Shown in pieces: positions 7,859 through 19,529 of a DNA stretch of 64,000 nucleotides. Each line of letters opens with the position of its first letter. Position 1 is the stretch's first letter. A program made the translations under genes and the position numbers. Below the pieces are notes generated by a model that saw nothing but the letters and a program-made list of their open reading frames with translations, did no database searches and had not been told where the DNA came from. Source of the DNA: Vulcanimicrobiota bacterium (GTDB taxonomy: Bacteria > Vulcanimicrobiota > Vulcanimicrobiia > Vulcanimicrobiales > Vulcanimicrobiaceae); contig OY968762.1 of the NCBI GenBank assembly GCA_963695225.1, forward strand, positions 1,312,001 through 1,376,000. Reading direction: 5' to 3'.

Positions 7859-10573
7859 CTAGTCTTGCGAGACGCCGCCGCGGGCCCGTCCGGCGAGCGC
7901 GGCCTGCGCGGCCGAGAGGCGCGCGATCGGGACGCGATACGGCGAACACGAGACATAGTTCAGGCCGAGCGTGTGGCAGAACTCGACGCTCGACGGCTCC
8001 CCGCCGTGCTCGCCGCAGATCCCGATCTTCAGGTCTGCCCGGGCGCCCCGGCCACGCTCCACCGCCAGCCGCATCAGCCCCCCGACGCCTTCCCGGTCGA
8101 GCACCTGGAACGGATCGTCGGCGAGGATCTTCAGATCCAGGTAGCGCGGGATGAACGATCCCTCGGCGTCGTCGCGCGAGTAGCCGTAGGTCGTCTGCGT
8201 GAGGTCGTTCGTGCCGAACGAGAAGAACTGCGCGTGTTCCGCGAGCTTGTCCGCGACCACGCAGGCGCGCGGCAGCTCGATCATCGTGCCGACCCGGTAG
8301 GGGACCGGCGTTCCGTGCGCCGCGATCACCGCGTCCGCGACTTCGCGCGCCGCCTTGACGGTGAAGCGGATCTCCTCGACGACCCCGACGCCCGGGATCA
8401 TCACGTCGGGCCGCGCGTCGACGCCCTTGGCCCGCAACGCGCAGGCCGCCTCGAAGAGCGCGCGCACCTGCATCGCGTAGATCTCGGGATAGACGATTCC
8501 GAGGCGGCAAACACGCAGGCCCAGCATCGGATTCTGTTCGTGCAGCTGACGGACGCGCGCGAGGACCTTGGCGCGTTCGACGTACTCCGGCGACTCCTCG
8601 CCCTTCTGCAACCGCAATTCCGTCACTTCGACGAGCAGGTCTTCGAGCGACGGCAAGAACTCGTGCAGCGGCGGATCCAGCAGGCGCACGGTCACCGTAT
8701 GGCCGGCCATCGCGCTCAGAATGCCCGTGAAATCGTCGCGCTGGAACGGCAGGAGCAACGCGAGCGCCTCGGCCCGCGCTTCCGGCGTGTTCGCCATGAT
8801 CATGCGCTGGACGATCGGCAAGCGCTCTTGCTGCATGAACATGTGCTCGGTCCGGCAGAGCCCGATCCCGGTCGCGCCGAGTTCGCGAGCCTTGCGCGCG
8901 TCCTCCGGCGTGTCGGCGTTCGCCCAGACTTCCATGTGCTTGTACTCGTCGGTCCAGCGCAAGTATTCCGCGAGCCAAGGCGGCAACTCACTCGGCGGAT
9001 CGATCAGCGCGAGCTTTCCGAGCACGACCGTCCCGGCCGTCCCGTCGATCGTGATGTGATCGCCCTCGTGCAGCGTGATGCCAGCGAGCGTCGCGGTGTG
9101 CGCGTGCTCGTCGAACGTGAGCACGTCGCAGCCGCTGACGCACGATTTCCCCATCCCGCGCGCGACGACGGCCGCGTGCGAGGTCGCGCCGCCGCGCGCC
9201 GTCAGCACGCCGCGGGCCGCGATGATGCCGTGCACGTCGTCCGGCGTCGTTTCGTTCCGAACGAGGATCACGGCCTTCCCTGCGGCCGCCCACGCGACCG
9301 CCGTATCCGGATCGAACACGATCGCGCCCGAAGCCGCGCCCGGCGAAGCGTTCAGACCGCGCGCGGTGATCTCGTAGCTCTCGCTTGGGTCGATGCGCGC
9401 GTGGAAGAGTTGGTCGAGCGTCGCCGCGTCGACGCGACGCAGAGCCTCCGCACGATCGATGAACCCTTCGTGCACCATGTCGAGCGCGATCCGCACCGCG
9501 GCCTCGGCGCTGCGCTTCCCGCTGCGCGTCTGCAGCATGTACAGCTTCCCACGCTCGACCGTGAACTCGAGATCCTGCATGTCGCCGTAGTGTTGTTCGA
9601 GCTTACGCGCGATCGCCAAGAACTGCGCGTAGATCTCTGGCTGCTTGGCCTCCAGGCTCGCGATCGGTTCCGGCGTGCGGATCCCCGCGACGACGTCCTC
9701 GCCCTGAGCGTTGACCAAGTACTCGCCGAAGAGAACGTTCTTTCCGGTATTCGGGTCGCGCGTGAAAGCAACGCCCGTCCCCGAATCGTCGCCCAGGTTT
9801 CCGAAGACCATCGCGATGATGTTGACGGCCGTGCCCCAGTCGTCCGGAATCTTGTTGTAGCGGCGGTAATCCGTGGCGCGCTTGGAGTGCCAGGAATCAA
9901 AAACGGCCTGCACCGCCAGCATCAACTGCTCGTGGACGTCCTGCGGAAACGCGCGTCCGGCGTGCTCTTGCACGATCCCCTTGAACTTCGTCACGACGGC
10001 CTGCCAGGCGCTCGCATCCAGTTCGGGATCGGTCGCGACGCCCGCCCGCGCGCGCGCCGCGGTGATCTCGTGCTCGAAGCGATCTTTTTCGATCCCGAGC
10101 ACGACGCTGCCGAACATCGAGATGAAACGCCGGTAGGCATCCCACGCGAAGCGCGGATTGTCGGTCAACTTCGCGAGGCCCTCGACGGTCTCGTCGTTGA
10201 GCCCGAGGTTGAGGATCGTATCCATCATCCCCGGCATCGAAACGCGCGCGCCGCTGCGCACCGAGAGCAAGAGCGGGTTCGCGACGCCGCCGAACGATTT
10301 ACCGGCGCGCTCTTCGAGCGCGCGCAACGCGCATTCGATCTCGGCTTCGAGGCCGGCGGGCATCTGCCGGCCTTCTTTGTAGAACGCGAGGCACGCCTCG
10401 GTCGTGATCGTGAAGCCGGGCGGTACCGGCAGCCCCGCGCGAGTCATCTCGGCGAGCCCGGCGCCCTTCCCGCCGAGCAGATTCTTCATCTCGGCACGGC
10501 CCTCTTCCAGGGTGTAGACGCGTTTCGGAACGCCGACGGCGGGCGGGGTGGCGGCAGGCGCAACTTCAGTCAT
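7859..10573 (-). CDS. ppdK: Pyruvate, phosphate dikinase
   Basis: LLGGKGAGLAEM, SVRSGARVSMPGMMDT, GGATSHAAVVAR (phospho-His), GIGLCRTEHM, FSFGTNDLTQ, GICGEHGG. Confidence 0.97.
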   Translation of the reverse strand: MTEVAPAATPPAVGVPKRVYTLEEGRAEMKNLLGGKGAGLAEMTRAGLPVPPGFTITTEACLAFYKEGRQMPAGLEAEIECALRALEERAGKSFGGVANPLLLSVRSGARVSMPGMMDTILNLGLNDETVEGLAKLTDNPRFAWDAYRRFISMFGSVVLGIEKDRFEHEITAARARAGVATDPELDASAWQAVVTKFKGIVQEHAGRAFPQDVHEQLMLAVQAVFDSWHSKRATDYRRYNKIPDDWGTAVNIIAMVFGNLGDDSGTGVAFTRDPNTGKNVLFGEYLVNAQGEDVVAGIRTPEPIASLEAKQPEIYAQFLAIARKLEQHYGDMQDLEFTVERGKLYMLQTRSGKRSAEAAVRIALDMVHEGFIDRAEALRRVDAATLDQLFHARIDPSESYEITARGLNASPGAASGAIVFDPDTAVAWAAAGKAVILVRNETTPDDVHGIIAARGVLTARGGATSHAAVVARGMGKSCVSGCDVLTFDEHAHTATLAGITLHEGDHITIDGTAGTVVLGKLALIDPPSELPPWLAEYLRWTDEYKHMEVWANADTPEDARKARELGATGIGLCRTEHMFMQQERLPIVQRMIMANTPEARAEALALLLPFQRDDFTGILSAMAGHTVTVRLLDPPLHEFLPSLEDLLVEVTELRLQKGEESPEYVERAKVLARVRQLHEQNPMLGLRVCRLGIVYPEIYAMQVRALFEAACALRAKGVDARPDVMIPGVGVVEEIRFTVKAAREVADAVIAAHGTPVPYRVGTMIELPRACVVADKLAEHAQFFSFGTNDLTQTTYGYSRDDAEGSFIPRYLDLKILADDPFQVLDREGVGGLMRLAVERGRGARADLKIGICGEHGGEPSSVEFCHTLGLNYVSCSPYRVPIARLSAAQAALAGRARGGVSQD

Positions 10574-10677
10574 GATGCTATCGCGGATTAGCGGAGGTTT
10601 CGCGGTTTCCTTGGGCACGTTTCGCGGGCGCTCGGCCCGGCTTGCGGCGGTGCCTTTGTGAGCCTCGGCTAACTAGG

Positions 10678-11463
10678 TTAGCGCGAGACGAGCGTCGTGC
10701 CGCCGCCGGAAAGCGCCGCGCTGACCGCCCCGCGCCCCGAGCCGCCGATCGCGACGGAGCGGGCCCCCGCGTCGAGCGCCGCGAGGGCGCTCTCCATCTT
10801 GGGGACCATCCCGCCGTCGAACGTCCCGTCGGCGAGCAGATCCCGCGCCTCGGAAGCGACCAAGCGCGCGATGCCGCTCTCCGGATCGTCCAAGCGCCGC
10901 CGGACCCGGTCGACGTTCGTCACGATGACGAACGCATCGGCGCCCAGCGCCCCCGCGATCGCCCCGGCCGCCGTGTCGGCGTTGATGTTGAGGGCCTGCG
11001 AGCCGTTGCGCGTGGCCCCCAGCGGCGCGACGACCGGCGTGAAGCCGGCCGCGAGGAGCGTCTGGAGCAGTTCGGTCCGGACCGCGACGATCTCGCCGAC
11101 GAAGCCGAGCGAGGCGCCCTTGATCGGCGCCCTTTGCTGGGCGACGAGCAGAGCGCCGTCCTCACCGCTGATCCCCACGGCGCGCACGTCGCGCGTCGCC
11201 AGCGCCCGGACGAGCGCCTTGTTCACGTTTCCACAGAGGACGGCTTCGGTGACGGCGAGCGTTGCGGCGTCGGTGACGCGCAGCCCATCGACGCGCACCT
11301 GCCCGATCCCGCGTTCGGCCAGCGCCGCATCGATCTGGGGCCCGCCGCCGTGCACGAGGACGAGCCGGTCGCCGGACCGGACGCGCGCCGCGCAATCGTC
11401 GAGGACGGGGTCGTCCTCGGTCGCGGCCATCGCGTTCCCGCCGTATTTCAAGACGATCAGCAC
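10678..11463 (-). CDS. argB: Acetylglutamate kinase
   Basis: VLKYGGNAM, VHGGGPQI, GLRVTD, NINADTAA, GGMVPK. Confidence 0.95.
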   Translation of the reverse strand: MLIVLKYGGNAMAATEDDPVLDDCAARVRSGDRLVLVHGGGPQIDAALAERGIGQVRVDGLRVTDAATLAVTEAVLCGNVNKALVRALATRDVRAVGISGEDGALLVAQQRAPIKGASLGFVGEIVAVRTELLQTLLAAGFTPVVAPLGATRNGSQALNINADTAAGAIAGALGADAFVIVTNVDRVRRRLDDPESGIARLVASEARDLLADGTFDGGMVPKMESALAALDAGARSVAIGGSGRGAVSAALSGGGTTLVSR

Positions 11464-11504
11464 GCCCGAAGTGTGCGGAAGCGACCCGCCGGGGACCTTC
11501 CTCG

Positions 11505-11813
11505 GGCGGCCGATCGCTGGGCCCGCTGGTGGCCGGCAATCGACGGACGGTGCCGCATGACGCTCGCCGATCTTCCTAGGCGCGCGGCTTACTCGTCGCG
11601 AGTTCGTCGACGATACGCTTGCGTCTTGACAAGCTCAAGGTAGCGGGTGGGGCGGGGCTACGGTCTCCCGCGGGGCGTGCAGCTTGCCCGCGGAGCCACG
11701 ATGGCGGGAGCGGGCAAGTGCACGAGTAGCGATTTCGCATGGATGCGAAATCGCGGGCGTCCCCGCGGGAGACCGTAGCCCCGCCCCACCCGCGGGCCCA
11801 GCGATCGGCCGCC
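11505..11813. repeat. Nested inverted-repeat element (MITE/REPIN-like or structured RNA)
   Basis: Perfect 33-bp IR 11643-11675/11761-11793; perfect 22-bp IR 11505-11526/11792-11813; two internal hairpins at 11676-11754. Confidence 0.85.
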
Positions 11814-11820
11814 ACAAGGG

Positions 11821-11858
11821 ATTGCATCTTTATGCAAAATGTGCATAAATTGTCGTAT
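11821..11858 (+). promoter_or_regulatory. Tandem ARG boxes overlapping the argF promoter
   Basis: TTGCATCTTTATGCAA palindrome followed by GTGCATAAATTGTCGT. TTGCAT(-35)-18 bp-TAAATT(-10) places the transcription start near ATG 11860. argR is in the operon. Confidence 0.8.
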
Positions 11859-11859
11859 T

Positions 11860-12831
11860 ATGCTCGCTTCCGTCGCCGACGTCGCCCTGCGGGGGCGCAA
11901 CGTGCTCGCGATCGCCGATCTGGCGCCGCCCGAGATCGGGACGATCCTGGCCCTCGCCGACCACCTTCGCTCCGGGCGCACCGCGGAGCAGCTCCCGCTC
12001 CTGCGCGGGAAGACGCTCGGCATGCTGTTCGAAAAGCCGAGTTTGCGGACGCGCGTCTCCTTTGAGGTCGCGATGACGCAGCTCGGCGGGAACGCGCTCT
12101 TCGCCCAAGGGAGCGAGTTCATGCTCGGCACCCGCGAGACGCCGGAGGACGCCGCCCGCGTGCTCTCGCGGTACGTCGACGCGATCGTGATCCGCACGCA
12201 CGCGCACGCCCCGCTCGAACGCTTCGCCGCGGCCTCGACCGTCCCGGTGATCAACGGCCTCTCGGCGCTCGCCCACCCCTGTCAGGCGCTGGCCGACTTG
12301 CTGACGATCAAAGATCGGTTCGGGACGCTCGGGGGACTGCGGATCTCGTACCTTGGGGACGGGCGCAACAACGTCGCGGCCTCGCTCGCGGAGGCGGCCA
12401 TGCTCTGCGGCGCCTCGGTCACGTTCGGTTCGCCGCCGACCCATCGCCCGACCGAAGCGTTCCTGGCGCATTTGCACGAGCTCGCCAAGCCGTCCGGAGC
12501 GACCGTCCGAGCGTTCACGAGCCCGCTGCGCGCCGTGCGCGAAGCCGATGTGGTCTACACGGACATCTGGACGTCGATGGGTGAGGAAGCCTACACGGAG
12601 CGCAACGCCGCCGCCCTGATGCCCTACCGCGTCACCTCGGAGCTGATGGCCGCAGCCGCGCCGCACGCGGTCTTCATGCACTGCCTCCCCGCGCATCGCG
12701 GCGAGGAAGTCACGGCGGAGGTCATCGACGGCCCGCAGAGCGTCGTCTTCGATCAAGCCGAGAATCGCTTGCACGCCCAGAAAGCGCTGCTTGTCGCGCT
12801 GCTCACCGACCTACGAGGGATGCCCATATGA
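11860..12831 (+). CDS. argF: Ornithine carbamoyltransferase
   Basis: FEKPSLRTRVSFE, HPCQALAD, YTDIWTSMG, FMHCLPAHRG, QAENRLH. Confidence 0.96.
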   Translation: MLASVADVALRGRNVLAIADLAPPEIGTILALADHLRSGRTAEQLPLLRGKTLGMLFEKPSLRTRVSFEVAMTQLGGNALFAQGSEFMLGTRETPEDAARVLSRYVDAIVIRTHAHAPLERFAAASTVPVINGLSALAHPCQALADLLTIKDRFGTLGGLRISYLGDGRNNVAASLAEAAMLCGASVTFGSPPTHRPTEAFLAHLHELAKPSGATVRAFTSPLRAVREADVVYTDIWTSMGEEAYTERNAAALMPYRVTSELMAAAAPHAVFMHCLPAHRGEEVTAEVIDGPQSVVFDQAENRLHAQKALLVALLTDLRGMPI

Positions 12832-13309
12832 AAACCACGCGCCAGCGGGCGATCCTCTCGCTGATTGCGACCCGTCCCGTTCACTCGCAAGAGGAACTCG
12901 CCCATTTGCTCGAAGCGCAAGGCTATGCCGTCACGCAAGCGACCGTCTCGCGCGACATCAAGGAGCTCGGTCTCGTCAAGGTGCCGTTGAAGAACGGCGG
13001 CGCCGGAGCCGCGACGCAATTCAAATACGTCGAGCCGGGCCTCACCGCGACGTTCTCGAGCCGCCTGCACCGCGTGATCGCCGAGCTCGTCCTCGACGTG
13101 CGCGGCGCGCTGAATCAGATCGTCCTGCGCACCCCGCCGGGGAGCGCGATGATGGTGGCGACCGCGATCGACAACGCGGAATGGAAAGAAGTCCTCGGCA
13201 CGCTCGCCGGCGACGATACGGTCCTCGTGATCCTCGATGCCCCGACGAGCACGCCGATCGTCATGCAACGTTTCAACGACATGCGTCCAGCAGATACGGA
13301 AGGAACCCC

Positions 13310-13313
<4 letters not shown>
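12828..13313 (+). CDS. argR: Arginine repressor
   Basis: SQEEL, VTQATVSRDIKEL, GTLAGDDTVLV. Confidence 0.96.
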
Positions 13314-14529
<1,216 letters not shown>

Positions 14530-14533
<4 letters not shown>

Positions 14534-15936
14534 GCGGATCGCTGCAGTGGGGCGGGCGCTTTGCGGCCCCGCCCGATCGCGAGCTGTTGGCGTTCGGCGC
14601 CTCGCTCGAAGACGATCTCGTTCTCGGCCCGTTCGACGTGCGCTGCTCGCAAGCGCACGTCCTCGCGCTGCGCGGCGGCGAGATCGTCGATGCCGCGACC
14701 GCGGACGCCTTGCTCGACGCGCTCGCGACCGTCGAACGCGAGATCGCGACCGGCGAATTCGCCGCGTTTGCGCGCGCGAGCGGCGCCGAGGACATCCACG
14801 GCGCGATCGACGCGCGCGTGCGGGAACTGACTGCCGCGGGCGAGTCGCTCCACAGTGGGCGCAGCCGGAACGATCAGGTCGCGACGACGCTCCTGCTCTA
14901 CGTGCGCGATCGCGCGGCGCTCGGCAGCCGCGTCTCGGCGCGGCTCGCCCGGTTCGCGCTGGCGCGGGCGCGCGAGGAACTCGGCCGCGGCACGCTGCTC
15001 GCGGCGACGACGCACTGGCAGCCCGCGCAGCCGATCTCGCTCGCTTTCTGGTACGAAGCGGTCGCCGAGATCTTCACGCGCGCGGCCCGGCGCTTCGCGC
15101 GCGTCGAGCGGGACGCCCGCGAAGCCTGTCCGCTCGGCTCCGGCGCCTGTAGCGGTTCCACGCTCCCGCTCGATCGTGCGGCGGCGGCCGACGCGCTCGG
15201 CTTCGCGCGCCCCACGCGCAACGCGCTCGACGCGATCGGCGATCGCGACATCGCGCTCGATCTGCTGCAAGCCGTCACGCGCGCCACGGTCGCCTGCTCG
15301 CGCATCTGCGAAGAGGCCGTCATCTACTGCACGCCCGCGTTCGGCTACGCGCGCCTCGACGATTCCGCCTCGACCGGTTCGAGCTTGATGCCGCAAAAGC
15401 GCAATCCCGATCCGTTCGAGCACGTCCGCGCGCACGCGGCGCTGCTGAACGGGACGCTCGCCGGAGCGCTGGGCGCGGCGACCGGGATCGCGCTGTCGTA
15501 CCACGGCGATCTCCAGGAAGTCAAAGCGCAGGTCTTGCGCGGAACCGAACGCGGCCTCGCGACGCTCGCGGCGTTCGAGCGCGCGTTCGCGGCGCTCCGC
15601 TGGAATCCGGACGTGATGGCGCAGCGGGCCGAACTCGGGTACGTCGTCGCGACCGACGTCGCGGACGCGCTGATCGCCCGCGGCGTCTCGGCGCGGCGGG
15701 CGCATTCCCTCGTCGGAGAAGTCGTCACCGCTGCGGAACGCGAAGGACGGCCGCTCGCCGAACGCGATCTCGCCGCGCTCGCCGAACGCGCCGGGCTCGA
15801 GCGGTTCGAAGCCCCGCTCGACGCGCGGGCCTCGATCGCGGCAAAGGTGACTCCCGGCTCAACCTCCCCGGCGGCGGTGAAGCACGCGATCGACGAGCTC
15901 GCGAATCTGCTCGACGGAGAGTTCCGCATCCCATGA
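14530..15936 (+). CDS. argH: Argininosuccinate lyase
   Basis: WGGRF, EDIH, HSGRSRNDQ, TGSSLMPQKRNPD. Confidence 0.95.
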
Positions 15937-16931
15937 CGCGCGTGCACGTGATCGGGGCCGCGGGCTATGCCGCGGCCGAAGTTCTCCGTTTCGTTTCCCG
16001 CCATCCGAGGCTCGAACTCGGCGCGATCGAGAGCCGCTCGCACGCAGGCCGATCCGTCGGCGCGAGCGTCCCGCTGCTGCGCGGGCTCGACCGCACCTTC
16101 GATGCGCCGGGCGCCGTCCTTGCGACGCTCGCACCCGGCGAGATCGTCGTCTGCGCCGGGGCCTCCGGCGAGGCCCGGAAGCTCGTCCCGCCGCTGCTCG
16201 CGCGCGGCGCTCGCGCGATCGACCTCTCGAGCGATCTGCGGGAGACCGCGAACGCCGCGCTCCCCGAAAGCGGCGTGGTCGCCGTCTACGGATTGACCGA
16301 ACGGTACCGCGCCGCGATCGCGACGGCCCGGCTCGTCGCAAACCCCGGATGTTACCCGACCGCGACGCTGCTCGCGCTCCTTCCGCTCGCGCCGTTCGCG
16401 GGGGAGATCGTGCAACTGATCGTCGACGCCAAGAGCGGCATCACGGGCGCGGGGCGGACCCCTGCGCTCGGCTCGATGTTCGCGGAGGTCGCGGGGGACG
16501 TGCGCGCCTACGGGCTCGACGGACACCGCCACGAGCCGGAGATTCGGCAAGAGCTCGATGCAGCCGGGATCGCAGCGCCGCTCGTCTTCACGCCGCACGT
16601 CGTCCCGATCGCGCGCGGCATGCTCGTCGACGCGTACGCGATCTTCCGCGAAGCGCCCGATCCGCGCGCGATCGCCGCGGCGTTCGCGCAAGCCTACGCG
16701 GGGAATCCGTTCGTGCGTCTGCTCCCCGCGGGCCAAGCACCGAGCCTCCCGTCCGTCGCGGGGACGAACGACGTGGAGTTGCACGTATCGGTGAAGGGGA
16801 ACGTCGCGCGCATCCTTGCCGCCGACGACAATCTCGGAAAAGGCGCCGCAGGTCAAGCGGTGCAGAACGTCAACGTCATGCTGGGTTTACCGGAGGAGTG
16901 CGGGTTCCATGATCGCGTCGTCGTCCAATAA
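15933..16931 (+). CDS. argC: N-acetyl-gamma-glutamyl-phosphate reductase
   Basis: IGAAGY, ANPGCYPTA, SGITGAG, HRHEPEI, DNLGKGAAGQA. Confidence 0.96.
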   Translation: MTRVHVIGAAGYAAAEVLRFVSRHPRLELGAIESRSHAGRSVGASVPLLRGLDRTFDAPGAVLATLAPGEIVVCAGASGEARKLVPPLLARGARAIDLSSDLRETANAALPESGVVAVYGLTERYRAAIATARLVANPGCYPTATLLALLPLAPFAGEIVQLIVDAKSGITGAGRTPALGSMFAEVAGDVRAYGLDGHRHEPEIRQELDAAGIAAPLVFTPHVVPIARGMLVDAYAIFREAPDPRAIAAAFAQAYAGNPFVRLLPAGQAPSLPSVAGTNDVELHVSVKGNVARILAADDNLGKGAAGQAVQNVNVMLGLPEECGFHDRVVVQ

Positions 16932-18150
16932 CGCCGGGAACGGCGCGACCAGCCTGATCGAGGTCAAGGGCGGCCTCGGCGCCGTCCCGGGAGTGAAACT
17001 CGCCGGCGTCCATGCCGCGATCAAGAAGCGCAAGCTCGATCTCGCGCTCGTCGTCTTCGACGCGCCGCAAGTCTGCGCGTCGGTCATCACGACGAACGAG
17101 ATCAAAGCGGCCCCGCTGCTCGTCACGAACGAACACCTCGCGCAGTGCGGCGAACGGATGCGCGCGCTCGTCTGCAATTCCGGCTGCGCGAATGCCTGCA
17201 CCGGCGCGCGCGGCGAGCGCGACGCGCGCGCGACCGCGCGCCAGGCGGCCGCGCTGCTCGGCCTCGAGCCGGCGCAGGTCGTCGTCGCGTCGACCGGCGT
17301 CATCGGCGTCTACCTGCCGATGGATCGCGTCGCGAAGGGGCTCGAGCGCGCAGCGAAAGATCTCGACGACGGTCCCGAGGCCTCGTACGACGCGGCCGAA
17401 GCCATCATGACGACGGACCGCGTCCCGAAGCTCTCCGCCTATGCGTTCTACGACGGAGAGCGCCGCTACGTCGTCGGCGGGATCGCGAAAGGCTCCGGCA
17501 TGATCGCTCCCAACCTCGCGACGATGCTCTCGTTCATCGCGACGGACGCGCCGATGTCCCGCGCGGCGCTGCAGGCCGAGCTCGTGGAGGCGTGCGAGGA
17601 TTCGTTCAACATGATCTCCGTCGACGGCGACATGTCGACGAACGACGCCGTCTATGCGTTCGCGCCCGCGCCGAAGGCCGGCGAAGCGCCGGCTCCCCCC
17701 GGTTTCCGCGAAGTGCTCCGCGCCGTCGCCCATGACCTGGCGATCGCGATGGTGCGCGACGGCGAGGGGGCGACGAAGACGCTCACGATCGAAGTCACCG
17801 GAGCTCGCGAAACCGCGCAGGCTCGCGCGATCGCCCGAGCGATCGTGAACTCGAGCCTTGTCAAGACGGCGTTCCACGGCGAAGATCCGAACTGGGGACG
17901 CATCATCGCCGCGGCCGGCAGCGTCCACGCCGGGCTCGATCCCGAAACCTGGTCGATCGCGCTGAATTCGAAGACCTGGGTCGAGCGCGGGGCGATCGAG
18001 GCGCTCTCCGAGGCCGAGGCCCATCGCGAACTCGAGGGAACGAACGTGACCGTGGCGCTCGATCTCGGCATGGGGAGCGCCAGCGCGACGGCGTGGGGCT
18101 GCGACCTCAGCCGCGACTACGTGCGCATCAACGCGCACTACCGCACGTGA
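16909..18150 (+). CDS. argJ: Bifunctional ornithine acetyltransferase / N-acetylglutamate synthase
   Basis: RBS GGAGG; NSGCANACTG, STGVIG, KGSGMIAPNLATML, DGDMSTND, DGEGATK, DPNWGRI. Confidence 0.96.
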   Translation: MIASSSNNAGNGATSLIEVKGGLGAVPGVKLAGVHAAIKKRKLDLALVVFDAPQVCASVITTNEIKAAPLLVTNEHLAQCGERMRALVCNSGCANACTGARGERDARATARQAAALLGLEPAQVVVASTGVIGVYLPMDRVAKGLERAAKDLDDGPEASYDAAEAIMTTDRVPKLSAYAFYDGERRYVVGGIAKGSGMIAPNLATMLSFIATDAPMSRAALQAELVEACEDSFNMISVDGDMSTNDAVYAFAPAPKAGEAPAPPGFREVLRAVAHDLAIAMVRDGEGATKTLTIEVTGARETAQARAIARAIVNSSLVKTAFHGEDPNWGRIIAAAGSVHAGLDPETWSIALNSKTWVERGAIEALSEAEAHRELEGTNVTVALDLGMGSASATAWGCDLSRDYVRINAHYRT

Positions 18151-19349
18151 ACGAGCCGGCTGCGATCGGTCACGCCCACCTGCTCGAGAACTACGCCCGC
18201 GCCCCGCTCACGATCGTACGCGGCGAGGGCGTCTGGCTCTACGACGAGCGCGGCACGCGCTATCTCGACTTCGTCGCGGGGATCGCGGTTTGCGCGCTCG
18301 GGCACGCCCACCCGGCGATCACCGCGGCGGTCGCCGAGCAGGCCGGGCGCCTCGTGCAATGCAGCAATCTCTTCCATCACGAGCCTGCCGGGCGCCTCGC
18401 GAACGAACTCGCCGGACGCTCCGGATTCCAGCGCGTCTTCTTCTGCAACTCGGGCGCGGAAGCGAACGAGGCGGCGATCAAGCTCGCGCGCAAGTTCGCC
18501 TACCGCCGGGGCGAGGCCGAACGGCGCACGATCCTCTCCTGCGAGGGCGGCTTCCACGGCCGCACGCTCGGGGCGCTCGCCGCGACCCCGAACCCCGCCT
18601 ACCACGTGGGCTTCGAACCGCTCCCCGGCGGCTTCGCGCACGTCCCGTTCAACGATACCGAAGCACTCGATCGCGCGCTCGACGGGACCGTAGCGGCGTT
18701 CATCGTCGAGCCGGTCCAAGGGGAGAGCGGGATCGTCCCGGCCGAGCCGGCGTTCCTGGCGGCGGCCCGGCGCCTCTGCGACGAGCGCGGCGCGCTCCTG
18801 GTCTTCGACGAGATCCAATGCGGCATGGGGCGGCTCGGGACGCTGTTCGCGTTCGACGCGTACGGCGTGCGGCCCGATCTCGTGACGATGGCGAAAGCGC
18901 TGGCGAACGGGCTCCCGATCGGCGCCCTCTTGATCGACGAACGGTGCGCCTCTGGGCTGCAACCCGGAGACCACGGCACGACCTTCGGCGGGTCGCCGGT
19001 ACCGTGCGCCGCCGCGCTCGCGCACCTGCAAGTTCGAGACGGGCTCGGCCTCGACGAGCACGTCCGCGAGATCGGCGCGTTCCTGCACGACGGGCTCCGG
19101 GAACTGGCAACCCGCTTTCCGGCGATCGCCGGCGAGCCCCGCGGGCGGGGCCTGATGCTCGGGCTCCCCATTCGCGAACCGCTTGCGGCCAAAGACGTCG
19201 CCGCGGCCGCCCGCGAGCGCGAGTTCCTCCTCGTGAACGCGGCGGGGCGCAACACGATCCGGCTCGTCCCGCCGCTCGTCCTCTCGCTCGAGGAGGCACG
19301 GGACGGGCTCGGCCGCCTGGAACGCGCCCTCGCCGCATTTGCAGCGTAA
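18147..19349 (+). CDS. argD: Acetylornithine aminotransferase
   Basis: NSGAEANEAAIK, FHGRT, EPVQGESG, DEIQCGMGR, TMAKALANG, HGTTFGG. Confidence 0.95.
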   Translation: MNEPAAIGHAHLLENYARAPLTIVRGEGVWLYDERGTRYLDFVAGIAVCALGHAHPAITAAVAEQAGRLVQCSNLFHHEPAGRLANELAGRSGFQRVFFCNSGAEANEAAIKLARKFAYRRGEAERRTILSCEGGFHGRTLGALAATPNPAYHVGFEPLPGGFAHVPFNDTEALDRALDGTVAAFIVEPVQGESGIVPAEPAFLAAARRLCDERGALLVFDEIQCGMGRLGTLFAFDAYGVRPDLVTMAKALANGLPIGALLIDERCASGLQPGDHGTTFGGSPVPCAAALAHLQVRDGLGLDEHVREIGAFLHDGLRELATRFPAIAGEPRGRGLMLGLPIREPLAAKDVAAAAREREFLLVNAAGRNTIRLVPPLVLSLEEARDGLGRLERALAAFAA

Positions 19350-19529
19350 GGCGTCCCGCGCTTTACCGAAGGTTAACCAAAGGGCCAATCGATTTCGGAA
19401 CCTCCCGCCGTGCCCGTGCGTCTTGAGGTTTGGGCGCGTTTCGCCGATAGGCTAGAAGGTATCCACAAGGTCTCGCGGACGATCGTCCCAACTTCTCCTG
19501 TGAGCCGGCGCCGGCCGGAACCGCTCTGG

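Noticed and set aside
7757..10591. 944-aa plus-strand ORF
   Set aside because: Antisense shadow of ppdK, typical of high-GC codon bias.
11643..11793. tRNA, T-box, SRP or 6S RNA
   Set aside because: No T-loop/CCA, T-box or SRP motifs; perfect long stems fit a repeat element better.
19368..19378. GAAGG(G)TTAACC motif, also at ~32663-32674 before secA
   Set aside because: Only two short copies; could be chance.
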